This document shows positions 12,630 through 23,600 of a stretch of 36,221 nt of DNA, piece after piece. Each line of letters opens with the position of its first letter. The first letter of the stretch is position 1. The stretch lies in the NCBI RefSeq assembly GCF_001194135.2, contig NC_068985.1:26498016-26534236 (forward strand), read 5' to 3'. The notes beneath the pieces are model-generated. The model had not been told where the DNA came from and made no database searches. It was given only the letters and a program-made list of their open reading frames with translations. This DNA comes from Octopus bimaculoides. Lineage: Eukaryota. A program made the position numbers and the translations under genes.

Positions 12630-13047
12630 TTACTTCTTTCAATCATTGAACTGCAGCCATGTTGGGCCATTGCCTTGAAGGGTTTTAGTCAGTCAAATCA
12701 AGCCCAATACTTATTTATTTTAAGACTAATACTTATTCTTATTGGTTTTATTTTGCTGAACCACTAAGTTACAGGGTCACAAACAAACCAACACTGGTTT
12801 TCAAGTCGTGAGAGATTCAAAATAAATACATAAGAGACACATGTACACACACATACACTCACACGCACACACACACATGCACAATAGACTTCTTACAGTC
12901 TCTGTCTACCAGATCCTCTCACAAGGCTTCAGTTGTCCCAATGCTCTAGTTGAAGATACTTGCTCAAGATGTTGTGCAGTGAAATTGAACCTGAGACCAC
13001 ATGGTTGGGAAGCAAATGTCTTAACCACACAGCCATGCCTGCACCTG
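12630..13047 (-). mobile_element. tRNA-derived composite SINE, older copy
   Basis: Collinear with 10986-11378 (cagtcatt/aactgcagccatg ... accacacagccatgcctgcacc). Confidence 0.85.
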
Positions 13048-14354
13048 TCTAAGCATATTTTTTGATCAAAGGTATTCTAATCATGGTAATCCTGTCTTTT
13101 ACTCAGACTTAATTGTATTTAATGTACTGGAAAGAATTTTAGCAGCACTTTCTAGCAAGGCAAGCAGCTGCATGGAGGCTGTCTCGTTAGTTTGTTTTCT
13201 GCCCGTTGATGAAAGATGCAGAAATAAACTTTTAAAGACAGGCTAATTATCAAGGTTTCTTATCTTCCACGACCTCTTTCTCTATAAAATATTTGTAAAA
13301 TATTTACTTTATTCAAGATTAATCTATCGAGAACATTGCCAGTACTTATGTGATATTTGAAAAATAAAAACAAAAAAAAGGAAATTTCTGGTGTCTGTGA
13401 TAACCATATGTTTCTACTATGGCTCCTGAACTGATGAGAGATGTCCTACTTGGTTACTCATCCTGCTTGAGACAATAACCAAATCTCCCTCAAATTACAC
13501 CTTACTATCTTAAGAAAATGGAAGCTCACATTGGATAATGCATTCCTAGATTTCCTTAAAAAGATAGGTTGGTTCTACTTGGACCATCCTGTCTAGCCAT
13601 TTATCATAGGTCTGCGTGATCAGAGTCGACCTGGGGCTACTTAGCATTAACAACATCAGTAACTACAAGACTAGACAGACATTCTGTCAGAGGTACATTA
13701 TTGGAAGTAAGAGTGCAGCTTTTGTTGTTGGAGATTTTTAACTGTTTGCTATGTTGACATAATAAATACTAGTAATAAACTTTTATAAGTAATGATACAT
13801 GACTAGACGGAAATGATCGGCTGTATCTCTAAGCAAAAGCTGCTTATCTAGGGGAAACTAAAACTAAAGTAAAACACAGTAAAAAATTTTAAAAACTGAC
13901 AAACCCCCCCAAAAAAAACAAGGGAAAGAAACATACTCTGCATTTATTTTTGATAGAATCATCGTGATAATTACAGCAATTTTCATGGTTGATCTTTCAT
14001 TTCTGACATAGGTTAGGTGGGTCAACTTCAATGTTTTATTTTTTTTTTTTAAGATCTCACTCAAATTAGGTATCTTTAGTAGTAAAAACAGAAAATTAGG
14101 TTTTGTCAATGTGCTGTGAGAAGAAATATCTGTCAAATATAAAAAGAAAAGAAAGGTTCATTTTAGTCTGAAATGCAAGAAATTATTTTTTTTCTGCTTT
14201 CAACAGAGCAACAAATCTAAATTTTTACAAGTCATCGAGGTAGCCCCCAATTGACTAATTGACCTGCTAGAAATAGGAGTCAAATCTCCCTTAAGTCATA
14301 CACTATTATCTTTAAAAAAAAAGGAGACAGTCATGTTGGACAAAGTAATCTTAC

Positions 14355-14513
14355 AGGTGTGGCTGTGTGGTAAGAAGCTTGCTTCCCAACTACATGGTTC
14401 CGGGTTCAGTTCCACTGTGTGGCACCTTGAGCAAGTGTCTTCTACTTTAGCCTCAGGATGACCAAAGCCTTGTGAGTGGATTTGATAGGCGGTAACTGAA
14501 AAGAAGCCCATTG

Positions 14514-14588
<75 letters not shown>

Positions 14589-14778
14589 ATATTTATGTGT
14601 GTATCTTTGTGTTTGTCCCCATCACTACCATCAGTAACTTAGCGGTTCGGCAAAAGAAACTGATAGAATAAGTACCAGGCTTACAAAGAATAAGTCCTGG
14701 AGTTGATTTCTTTGACTAAAAGGCAGTGCTCCAGCATGGCTGCAGTTAAATGACTGAAACAAATAAAAGAATAAAGAG
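14355..14778 (+). mobile_element. tRNA-derived composite SINE with central (GT)n(AT)n, nested in an older repeat
   Basis: A box tggctgtgtgg, B box ggttcagttcc, 3' end tgactgaaacaaataaaagaataaaagag. Both flanks (14240-14350 and 14780-14840) belong to the older family. Confidence 0.9.
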
Positions 14779-15193
14779 ACAAGCTGGTCTTGACTAGACT
14801 ACTTTTAATCATAGGTCTTCCTGGTTAGGGCTAAATACCATCACCATCCTCACTACCACTACCAACAACATTCTTTACTTTATATTGAATTATTCTTATA
14901 AATGCAGACCATTATAGTTTAATTAAAGTTTCTGATTATATTTAAGTCATTCCATGAGTTTTTTGTTGCCTTTTTTTCCCATCTTAATTATATCTCTGTC
15001 ACCCATGTGTATCCTATCTTATTCTCAGTATACCTTGATATGATGTCTCTAAGATATTATCTCAAGTGCTGGTATATCATTGGGTTTTTCTCTTATTTCA
15101 ATTATTGACTATCTTTTAACCCCCTCACAGATAATGGGATACCATTCCAGTTTAGAATTGAGGTTTTCCCTACTAAATTCAATCAAAATTTTG

Positions 15194-15196
<3 letters not shown>

Positions 15197-15226
<30 letters not shown>

Positions 15227-15690
15227 CATCATCATCATTATTCTAGAACTAATCCCTGCTAATTAAATTAGCAGGGATTTTATCTTGAGGTTTGGTGACA
15301 AGTCTCCTCAAATCTAAAGTCTCTTTCTTAGGATTCTTTCAGAATACAGGATTGCACTTTTTTATGCAGGTTGACAATATGAGTCTCAATTCCAATATCT
15401 TTCAGTCTTTTAGGTAGCAGTTTGTGTGTTGTGCCAAATGCACTAATTGCAAGAATAAAATTTGTGTTAGTCTTTCACAGTTTTTTTTAGCTCTCTGGCT
15501 TGGTCTTGATATCTCTCAATTTTTTTTTCAATTTCTTTGTTATCCACTGTGTTATCATATGGCGTTGCAAAGTTTATGATCTTAGACTGTCTATTTCTTT
15601 TGTTCTCTGTAATTCTATCTGGTCTTCTTGTTTCAGTATTATGGTCAGTCTTCATGGGGGTGTCCCATAAAATCCTATAATGTCCCCTCC
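15197..15690 (-). mobile_element. R4/Dong-clade non-LTR retrotransposon 3' end (RLE endonuclease domain, 3' UTR, (TAA)n tail)
   Basis: - strand translates ILWDTPMKTDHNTETRRPDRI...IINFATPYD...KEIEKKIERYQD.ARELKK, then AISAFGTTHKLLPKRLKDIGIETHIVNLHK. This is the RPD...D...KxxxY restriction-like endonuclease signature. It ends in a (TAA)n tract, the known Dong target. Confidence 0.85.
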
Positions 15691-15719
15691 ATCCATCACT
15701 CTTTCAGCATAAATAAATA

Positions 15720-15885
15720 AAATAAATTATGTTCTGAGTGCAAATCTTGCCAAAATCAACCATGCCTTTCATCCTTCCAAGATTTGATAAAATAAAGTAC
15801 CAGTCAAATTTTGGGCATCAATTTAATTAACTAATGCTATTCCCTAAATTCCTGGCTTGTTCCTGAGTTAGAAACAATTATTTTT
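15720..15885 (+). mobile_element. tRNA-derived SINE (gcctttcatcctt...gataaaataagtaccag core family), old copy
   Basis: The core matches the reverse complement of the 26395-27985 copies. Confidence 0.75.
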
Positions 15886-16059
15886 ATTATTACTTGCCTT
15901 GAAGCTGCCCTTCAGGTGACATTCAAGGTAGCTCCTGTGGAGGGCACCTTTGAGGCCTTTGGCCCCACTATTGGATTGATTCGCGGCCCTCTACCCTTGT
16001 GTAATGTAATGGACTCAGACACATTCATTGTATATGTAAAAGGGATTATTATTATTATT

Positions 16060-16170
16060 GTTGCCTTTTATCCTTTTGGGGGTTGATGAAGTACTGGGGT
16101 CAGTGTAATCAACTAACCCCCTCCCCCTAAAATTGCTGGCCTTATGCAACAATTTGAAACAATTATTATT
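16060..16170 (+). mobile_element. SINE 3' fragment (same core family)
   Basis: tcctttt gggggttgatgaagtactggggtcagtgtaatcaactaaccccctccccc...gaaacaattattatt. Confidence 0.65.
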
Positions 16171-16179
16171 TCATATACG

Positions 16180-16325
16180 CACAACAGCTTAGACTGTTGT
16201 TAAAGAACAATTCCTAACATTGAACTACAAGCGACCATAGATCACAAGAACCTTCCTACGTATACTACTGTCCTTAATAATACTGTTTTCTGGAGCTGCA
16301 CCAAACTAGGTTTTATGCCAATTTT
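16180..16325 (-). mobile_element. Second R4/Dong-like LINE extreme 3' coding fragment
   Basis: - strand reads GIKPSLVQLQKTVLLRTV then, after a frameshift, RKVL, matching the xxLQKxxLLGTARILRKVL C-terminus of R4-clade ORFs. Confidence 0.55.
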
Positions 16326-17237
16326 CTATTATTATTATCGTTAACACCACCCCATCATAAAAGACCAAACCTTTGAAGCCACTTGTATCTAGATCCTGGA
16401 AGTAATATGTTATTCCTTCTCTTCTTTAACTAGGCCTCATATGAAAATATTTCTTTTTTTCCCTTTTGAAATATGTTTATTGAATTGAATGAAAACTACA
16501 GATTTGAGTATTTTCTTTTTTGATAACAGTATGAAGCAATTATTCAGCAATAACATAGCTGAGAAAAAATTTTTCTTCTTCCTGTACAAAGCTAACTTCA
16601 ACCCTCTTCTTACTAGCTTTTCAAGATAAACTATGTTGCTGACACAGAGAATTTGGGATTTATGATAAGCACAGTTGATAAATATTTATGATATATAAAC
16701 AACTTCAAGGCACTTTATGGGTTTCATGTTATCCATTTGAAATTTCCTTTCCTTCATTTATTATAAACAGATATACATATATGGTAAAGTTAAAGCTCTT
16801 ATATTATTTGGCTTTCAGAAAGAAAAATAAGGTCATGTTGATAAAACCAATGATATAAATAGTATATCTCTTAAAAACATTTTTGTATCTTGTAAATACT
16901 AAGTGCTCTTGCTGTTTATGCACTATCAACCCAAGTAGTTGTGGCATCTATGGGGACAATGTTTTTAAAATGCTATGAGGGCAATGAAAAAAAAACAACA
17001 ATAATCATAATGATTTTCCTTTGCGTTAGGTACAAGAACAACTTTCAGAGAAGGAATTACAATCTATTGACTCAATCAATACTATATTAAAGTTTGTCTT
17101 TTAATCTTGCCCCAACCTACATGAGTAACAGGAGGTATTTGAATGAAGCAGCATTTAGTAGCAAACTACACACTATATATTTCGTATGTGTATTTCGTGT
17201 GCAAGATTCTTGATGTGGATACGTGTGTTGAAAGAAA

Positions 17238-17425
17238 TACAATTAAACCTTGGGAGAGGCATTATGCCGGTAATAAACAGACGCACTGGTTCAGTCCTTT
17301 ATTAATTTATAAACAGTAATAAAAAAAATAAATAAAAAAATAAATACTGTTTATAGATTAATAAAGGACTGAACCAGTGTGTGTGTTTATTACCAGCATA
17401 ATGTCTCTCCCAAGGTTTAATTGTA
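17238..17425. mobile_element. Foldback (fully palindromic) MITE, probably Tc1/mariner-pogo type
   Basis: 81-bp inverted arms (17238-17318 and 17345-17425, including terminal TA) with 5 mismatches around a 26-nt A-rich spacer. Confidence 0.85.
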
Positions 17426-17448
17426 CACACTATATAGTTTTTGTATCA

Positions 17449-17880
17449 GGCACAGGTATGTCTGTGTGGTAATGAGTCTTCTCACTAACTGCTTTGTTTC
17501 AACCTCAGTCCCTCTGCATGGCACCTTGAGCAAGTGTCTTTTACTATAGTCCAAGGACCTTGTAGATGGACACTGAAAGAAACTTGTTGTGTGAGTATGT
17601 GTTTATGCATGTATGTGTGTGTACGTGCGTGTGTGTGTTATAGCCTACTTGTCTTGACATTGCATAATAGTTGTAAACAAGTGCTGCCATTATCTAAACA
17701 GTGTCTTTCATTTTCAGTCTCCCATGAAAGCATGTTTGGTCATGGAGAAACGTTACTTTACTTGGTGAGGGTTGGTGACAGGAAGGGCATTAGGGCATAG
17801 AAAATCCCCTCAACACATTCCATCTAACCCAAGAGAGCATGGAAAAATGAACATTAAAAAGAATGGCGATGCTATTGATG
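17449..17880 (+). mobile_element. Old composite tRNA-derived SINE with (GAT)-type tail
   Basis: Head tgtctgtgtggtaa...ggcaccttgagcaagtgtctt, central (GT)n, tail ctaacccaagagagcatggaaaaatgaacattaaa...gatgat. Confidence 0.75.
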
Positions 17881-18234
17881 ATATATAGGGATTTAGGAAA
17901 TCCAGTTGAGCATCCTACTCAGCATTTCATGTGAAATCTTGGTTAACAAAATTTATGGGAATAAAATCAGAAGAAAGTATTCGCTTCATCCAAAAGACAT
18001 TCCATTCAAGTTGTAAATTCAGGAAATGTACTGATTATATGGTTAGCACATTCATTGTAGTATATAAAAGTAAAGAAACAATGGAACAAAGGTGATGATA
18101 TTACATTCTTTAATCAGGGTCACTGACTAAAGAGTGTAATATCATTCCTTTATTTGTTTACTAAATATATATATATATATGTATATGCATATGTATATAC
18201 GTATATGTACATACTTACATCTATATATATATGC

Positions 18235-18720
18235 ATGTGTGGGTACAGGATGTCATGAAACGTGTACAACAAAAAAATACGAAGTACGAGTACATGAAAT
18301 AGGAACTATTTTTTCGAACAACGAAAGACAGAAATGGAAAATAAAACAAATGACATAAAGAACAACCCTTCATCAGTTGTTGGCTGTTTTTCTAGTCTCA
18401 TATTTCGAGCATTTAACAACAATATATGCTTTTGATAAAACAGTTGCTCCCGCAAAGCAAATTAAATAAAATTTGGGATTTTGCAGAGGGTCAAAATTGG
18501 TAACACAAACAGGACAGTGAAAACAAACAGGAAGGGCTACTAAACCTAAACGAGGTTGTGGTGGTGAATGTGTAAATCAAGCTTGGACAGGAGACAGACA
18601 AGAACATGTCTTCCTCGTTCCAGCTATGACAGAGAGAAAGAAAGAAACACAAGTTAGGAGAAGAAAGAAAGATGGCCGATGGTCATGTGGGATCTACGTG
18701 AGCAAGGGAGGAGGAGGAGT
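18235..18720. mobile_element. Interspersed repeat, possibly Penelope-associated
   Basis: CpG-retaining, A-rich segment next to (TA)n. It has cccttcatcagttg and tttcgagc motifs like those in 10140-10380. Confidence 0.35.
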
Positions 18721-18761
18721 GAGGGAGAGAGAGAGTGACAGAGTAATAGGATAAAATGGTG

Positions 18762-18960
18762 GTTTCAAATTTTGGCCTAGGGCCAGCAGTTTTAGAGTGG
18801 TGGTGGTGGGGGATAGGTGATTACATTGATATGCAATACTTGATTGGTACTTATTTTATCAACCCTTTAAAAATGAAAGGTAAAAATTAAGCTTGGCAGA
18901 ATTTGAACTCGGAACGTATAGACTGACAAAATGTCACTAAGCACCATCTTAATAATGATA
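18762..18960 (-). mobile_element. tRNA-derived SINE (core family)
   Basis: ttcaaattttggcc...ggtacttattttatcaaccc...gaatttgaactcggaacg...ctaagca matches other copies. Confidence 0.8.
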
Positions 18961-20964
18961 ATAATAATAATGATGAAGATGATTTCTTTATTAGCCATAA
19001 AAGTTTAAAGGTATACAGAAAAAGAAATACAAAGAAACAGATAATGGCAAAGGTGATAGACATTATATAATATGATGAATTAAAAGCATATATGCAACAA
19101 TTTATATGGAAATAAATAAAAAAAAGTATGCTAAAACACACAAAAATTAAAACGAGATATCTACTTAAAAATTTTAATTCAGGGTGTTGGAGATTCTAAA
19201 GAATTCAGGATCATTGAAATATAGTGCTTTGTTAAATCTGTCTGGAATTTTAAATTAATATTCTGTTGTTTTTATGCTGTTTAAACTGTGATCTTATTTC
19301 ATTCTTGATCCATATTTACCTGTATCATATTGAGTTTAATTTCATTAAAAATGCACCTCTATGAAATATTGTACCTTTTCATAAGACATTTAGAGTTCAG
19401 TATTCGTCAAGAGTGTTATGTAGGTGTTGAAGGAAAGGTTGTTGACTCTGCAACTGATTGGAGGAAACCCTATTAATGCCTAATAGTTGAAACAGTAAAT
19501 AAGTATTTTACACTATTGTATTTCCTGTCTAAGCCCTGCTAACATGGAAAAAACAGATGTTAAACAAGCATTCCTTTTCAGCTGTTGCATGTTGCCCTTA
19601 TAATTAATCAGGTCAGTGGGTTTGTTGAATCTAATTAAATTATGCTAATCACTTACTTAATACCTTAAGCATAGCATATTGTCTAGTGACTAGCTGATAT
19701 TTTGTTTATAAATCTTGGTGGCTGGATAGTCTAAGTTGACCTTGGCTAGATTTGAAATTTAGAATAATTAATTTCTGAGCAACTTCATACCTTCCATCTT
19801 GACTGAAATTCAATCATAAAAAAATCTCCATTATATTGAGTTAAAGGGAGCATTATTATCCACAGGGGAACCAATATTTTGTGGCTTCAACTTAGAAAAA
19901 GGAAATTCTAATCACATTTAATAATATCAAGTTATTAATATTGCAGTAAACTCTTAGATTTAGTTTTTAGATTAAAAAATTAAATGTACCATTTATACAC
20001 TTTATGTTATTAATTTCAGTATTTACTTATGTATAAATTGCAACTTGTTTGCATAAAATTTCAATTTATAAAAAAGTTGGAGTGTGACTTGTGCACGAGG
20101 CTAAGAAATCTTGAAGAAATGTTATTATTGCAACCACTATAAGAAGTGTAAATGCATATTGAATAAGGGTAAAGCCAGCTTGAATAAATAACAAAAGCAT
20201 CTTAATGTAATAAAAATTAAATTATTCTAAGTCTGGTCTTCTGGACTTGTCAAGTGGGTTTAAACATATTAGAGAAGTCTGTGGCTAGACTGACACAATG
20301 GAGTATTTAGGAGAAGAGAATGGTGATGAGTCAAATAAAGTTAGTTCACAAAAGTTAAGAGGTGGAAGAGAGGGACAGTAAATTTTCAAAGGAACATGTG
20401 GAGAAATAAGGAAACATGAAGGGAATGAAAATTAAGAGCCAAAACAAAGAAATATGAAAAAGAAAAAGTTTTTATTAGGTCTTGTCTGTCAGGTTATACA
20501 CATATTAGATAGATAGGTATAAAAAGGTAAAGTTTTACCCCTTGTCAAACATCATCCCCCTGGTTATTACTGGGGGAAAGCGAAAATGTTAATTGCATAT
20601 TTCTGCTTTCAAACTTAAAATTGTGTAATTTACAGAAGTTTGGAGAGTATTGTAGTTTGCTTGAAGCATTGTGTATTGTTTATAAAGAATAAAAAGTTTT
20701 GAATGGTACAACAATGCACTATAGTACAAAAAAATGGACTATATACCTGTTGTAATTTAGTTATCCATAGTCCGATGATATTTCAGAATACAATTCCTTC
20801 TTCAGATATTCTTAGATGGTGTCGCTGCTATAATCTGTTTTCCAATGGCTTTTCTTTTTTCGGAAGCGTCTCAGCAGTGATCTCATGAAGCTCCTTCCGG
20901 AATTCCTCATGAGAAGTGCATGAGGCTGGCTATATCTCAATCTAGTGTGTGTTGGTACATTTGT

Positions 20965-22050
20965 AGCGCTGCTTCTAAGTTATGTATTATACGTGCAGCT
21001 TGTTGAGAGGTAGTTTTCTGTATCAGAGAAAATTGCGAGAGATTTAAGAAAGTAAAAAGAAGCATTACTAGAAATGCTTAAGGTAAAAATGGGTGCACAA
21101 AGGGAAACAGGCTGTATATTCAGAGATGGATAAAGAATTGTTAGACAAGGTCACTGACTGGGGGAGTAGTGATTACATTGTAATTATGCTACAAATATGG
21201 TTGAGGGTTACCAAGATGTCAATGTAACCTACCATTTAAAGCCTTGTTTTATGATAAGGATTAGCTTCAGTCTATGACAGAAATCCAAAGATATCAAAGA
21301 AACTACCACATGACTTAGAAGATAAGACATACTTTACGTCATTTTGAAGTAAAAGAGGCAGCATGATTGTCATTCAACTTGGATTGATTGAAAATATTGA
21401 AGCTCATGCTTTTTGATCTCCCTGGAAACTAAACATTTAGCATCAGGTCTAATCATGTGAGAACCACAGGACATGAAAGGACACATTTTACTGTGGTACT
21501 TGTGAGTTTGGTAAATGAGACTGTGTTTAAGCCAACAGTGATACAAGATGAAAGATTGCCAAAGGGAGAAAAAGTACGACATAGAGGTTTGGTTTGCTGT
21601 CATTGCTAAATAAAGGATTATATTGTGATTAAACCAAGATTAATAAGAGTAAGAAACCAGAGACCTGACACTTCTGAAGAAGAAATTGCCCATACTTTGA
21701 GAACAGTTCTATGCATTATTGATAAGAAAGGTGAAAGAGAGAAAGATCAGTCACTGAACATAGCTGAAACTATGATGCCAGCTAGTCTCTCATCTTTTCT
21801 ACAAGCTTTTGATGTGATGTTGAATAAGCTATTGAGAGATAGGTTTCAATCTGGATAACCTGAAGTCTTCACAGCAGAAGGAACTGACCAAAGGTGGCAA
21901 TGGTAAGAAGTGAAGTTTGTCTCTTGTATCATGAGTAAAGAATGCATGGAATGATATTCCAGCCAATATAGTGATGAGTTTCCTGAAAATGATTTCCAAG
22001 ATGGTCAAGAACAGGAAGATGTAACAGGAAGTACCATACTTATAGGATGC
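20965..22050 (+). mobile_element. Decayed pogo/Tigger-type (POGK-like) transposase: Brinker-type DBD, CENP-B-like HTH and DDE_1 relics
   Basis: Collinear motif remnants across frames: AASKLCII..RAA, FSVSEKIARDLRK, ELLDKVTDW..SDYIV, PFKA, ISKKLPHDLEDK, MLFDLPGN*T, RTTGHERTHFTVVL (21460-21501), MPASLSSFLQAFDVMLNKLLRDRF (cf. IPGGLTSxLQPLDVxxNKPFKD), ELTKGGN, VKNAWNDIP. Confidence 0.82.
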
Positions 22051-23329
22051 AGATGAAAAGTTGACATAACTGGAATGGGAGGACTTTTATTGATATCTGT
22101 GATAATAAAGAATGCTATACTGATGGTTTTTAAACTGATTTTTAAGTTTGTAGATTTTTGTGAATTAATAATCTTTTATTTTAATAAATTTAATAAAATA
22201 AGTTTGTGTGTGAATGAGAAATGAATTTTGACATTTTAAATTCAAAAATGATTTTTATTTTATTTCATTTTCCTTTTGTTTTATTTTGATGATGCAGATT
22301 ATTGCTAGTTTTCTTGGTTTCTAAATTTTTTATTAAAATAATTTTAGTTTCTGGTGTGAGCACATTAAGCTTCATATATAAGTCATTCTATAATTGAATT
22401 CCTCATTCATGATTTTTCTTGCGGTGTCCAATGTTTTGATATCTGCATAGTTTTGGAAGTGGTATTAATTTCATAATTTTGTTTCAGTTGAAGAAAGCAA
22501 TTGCTAAATAGTAACACTGAAGTTTATAGAAAAACAGTAACAGTTTCGAAAATAAACACTATTACTAATAGGAGTCAAATAACTAAATGCCAATTATATA
22601 GTACAACAATGCAATATGGTTTTCTATTTCATGTGTGTACGTGTGCATGTGTGTGTATGTGTGTTCTTTGAGTATGTGTTTGTATTGTGTGTGTTGTGTG
22701 AATATGTGTATGGGTTATTTTTTTTGCATTGTGTATGTGTTGTTTGTAGAAAATATTGTGTGAAGCAGTGGCTGAATTTTTTTAAGGATCCTATTCAATT
22801 TAATAGATTATTGTGTTTCACTTAGGTTTAGTGTAGTTTGATGGGTCCAGAAACATTTGCTGAAAACACTTTTGTCAAAAACACAATGGTCAAAAGCTTA
22901 TTAGCTGAAAGATACATTAATCAAAAACTTATTCATAGAAAAAGCAAATTGGATGTTATGTGTGTGTATTGGATGTATTTCCATAACATTATATCATTTG
23001 AGTTACCACTGCCGACTTCGTTTTCAGTTCTCCTGTCAATAGATTTAGTGCTTGACAATGTTTTCAGTAGTGTAATCTTCCTCCTGACACTGTAATAAGT
23101 TATCTTTTGTTTAAGTTGACTTACTCTTCAATCTTTTATGATGCTAACAGACACTTAATATATTTGACATTTTATTACTGCAACTGACTGTCTTTATTTC
23201 CCTAGTGAAACAGCCCATGGCCCTTTGGAGAATTATTTCAACAATAATTCTGTAGCTTATACCAAGATAGATATATACTTGCACTATTATCATACTAGAA
23301 TCTTACATATTACAAGTATTTGTCTTGTT

Positions 23330-23600
23330 TCTCTTTATGGCACATTCCCTCTATATATATCTGTATACCTAGTTATCTCCTTATCTTCTGCCCTTTTCTG
23401 TACTCATTTGTCAGTTTCTTAGTCAGTTTCTTTGTCTGTACTTACCTGTCTATCTGTCTACTTATATTTGTTTATCAGCCTGTATGATCTATCTGTCTTT
23501 TTGAAACTCTCTTCATCATATTGGTCTATTGCACTTCATCCTTCACTATTTCGCCATCTTTTCTTTTATATATGCCTGTCAGTCAGTCTGTCTCTGCCCC
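23330..23600. repeat. Degenerate (TCTR)n pyrimidine-rich low-complexity tract
   Basis: Direct observation. Confidence 0.6.

Noticed and set aside
13100-13235. Open frame NVLERILAALSSKASSCMEAVSLVCFLPVDERCRNKLL as a leprecan-repeat exon
   Set aside because: Resemblance is superficial; it lacks the conserved P.D..M..N..YY pattern and proper splice sites.
21130-21230. RTE apurinic endonuclease fragment (EGYQDV)
   Set aside because: The neighbouring motifs are collinear with a pogo CENP-B-type HTH, so the LINE reading is unnecessary.
21290-21335. LPHDLEDKTY as the missing CRTAP upstream exon (cf. DLETKSY)
   Set aside because: There is an in-frame stop shortly upstream, no donor after it, and it fits better as the QKLPxDLEEK motif of the surrounding pogo transposase.
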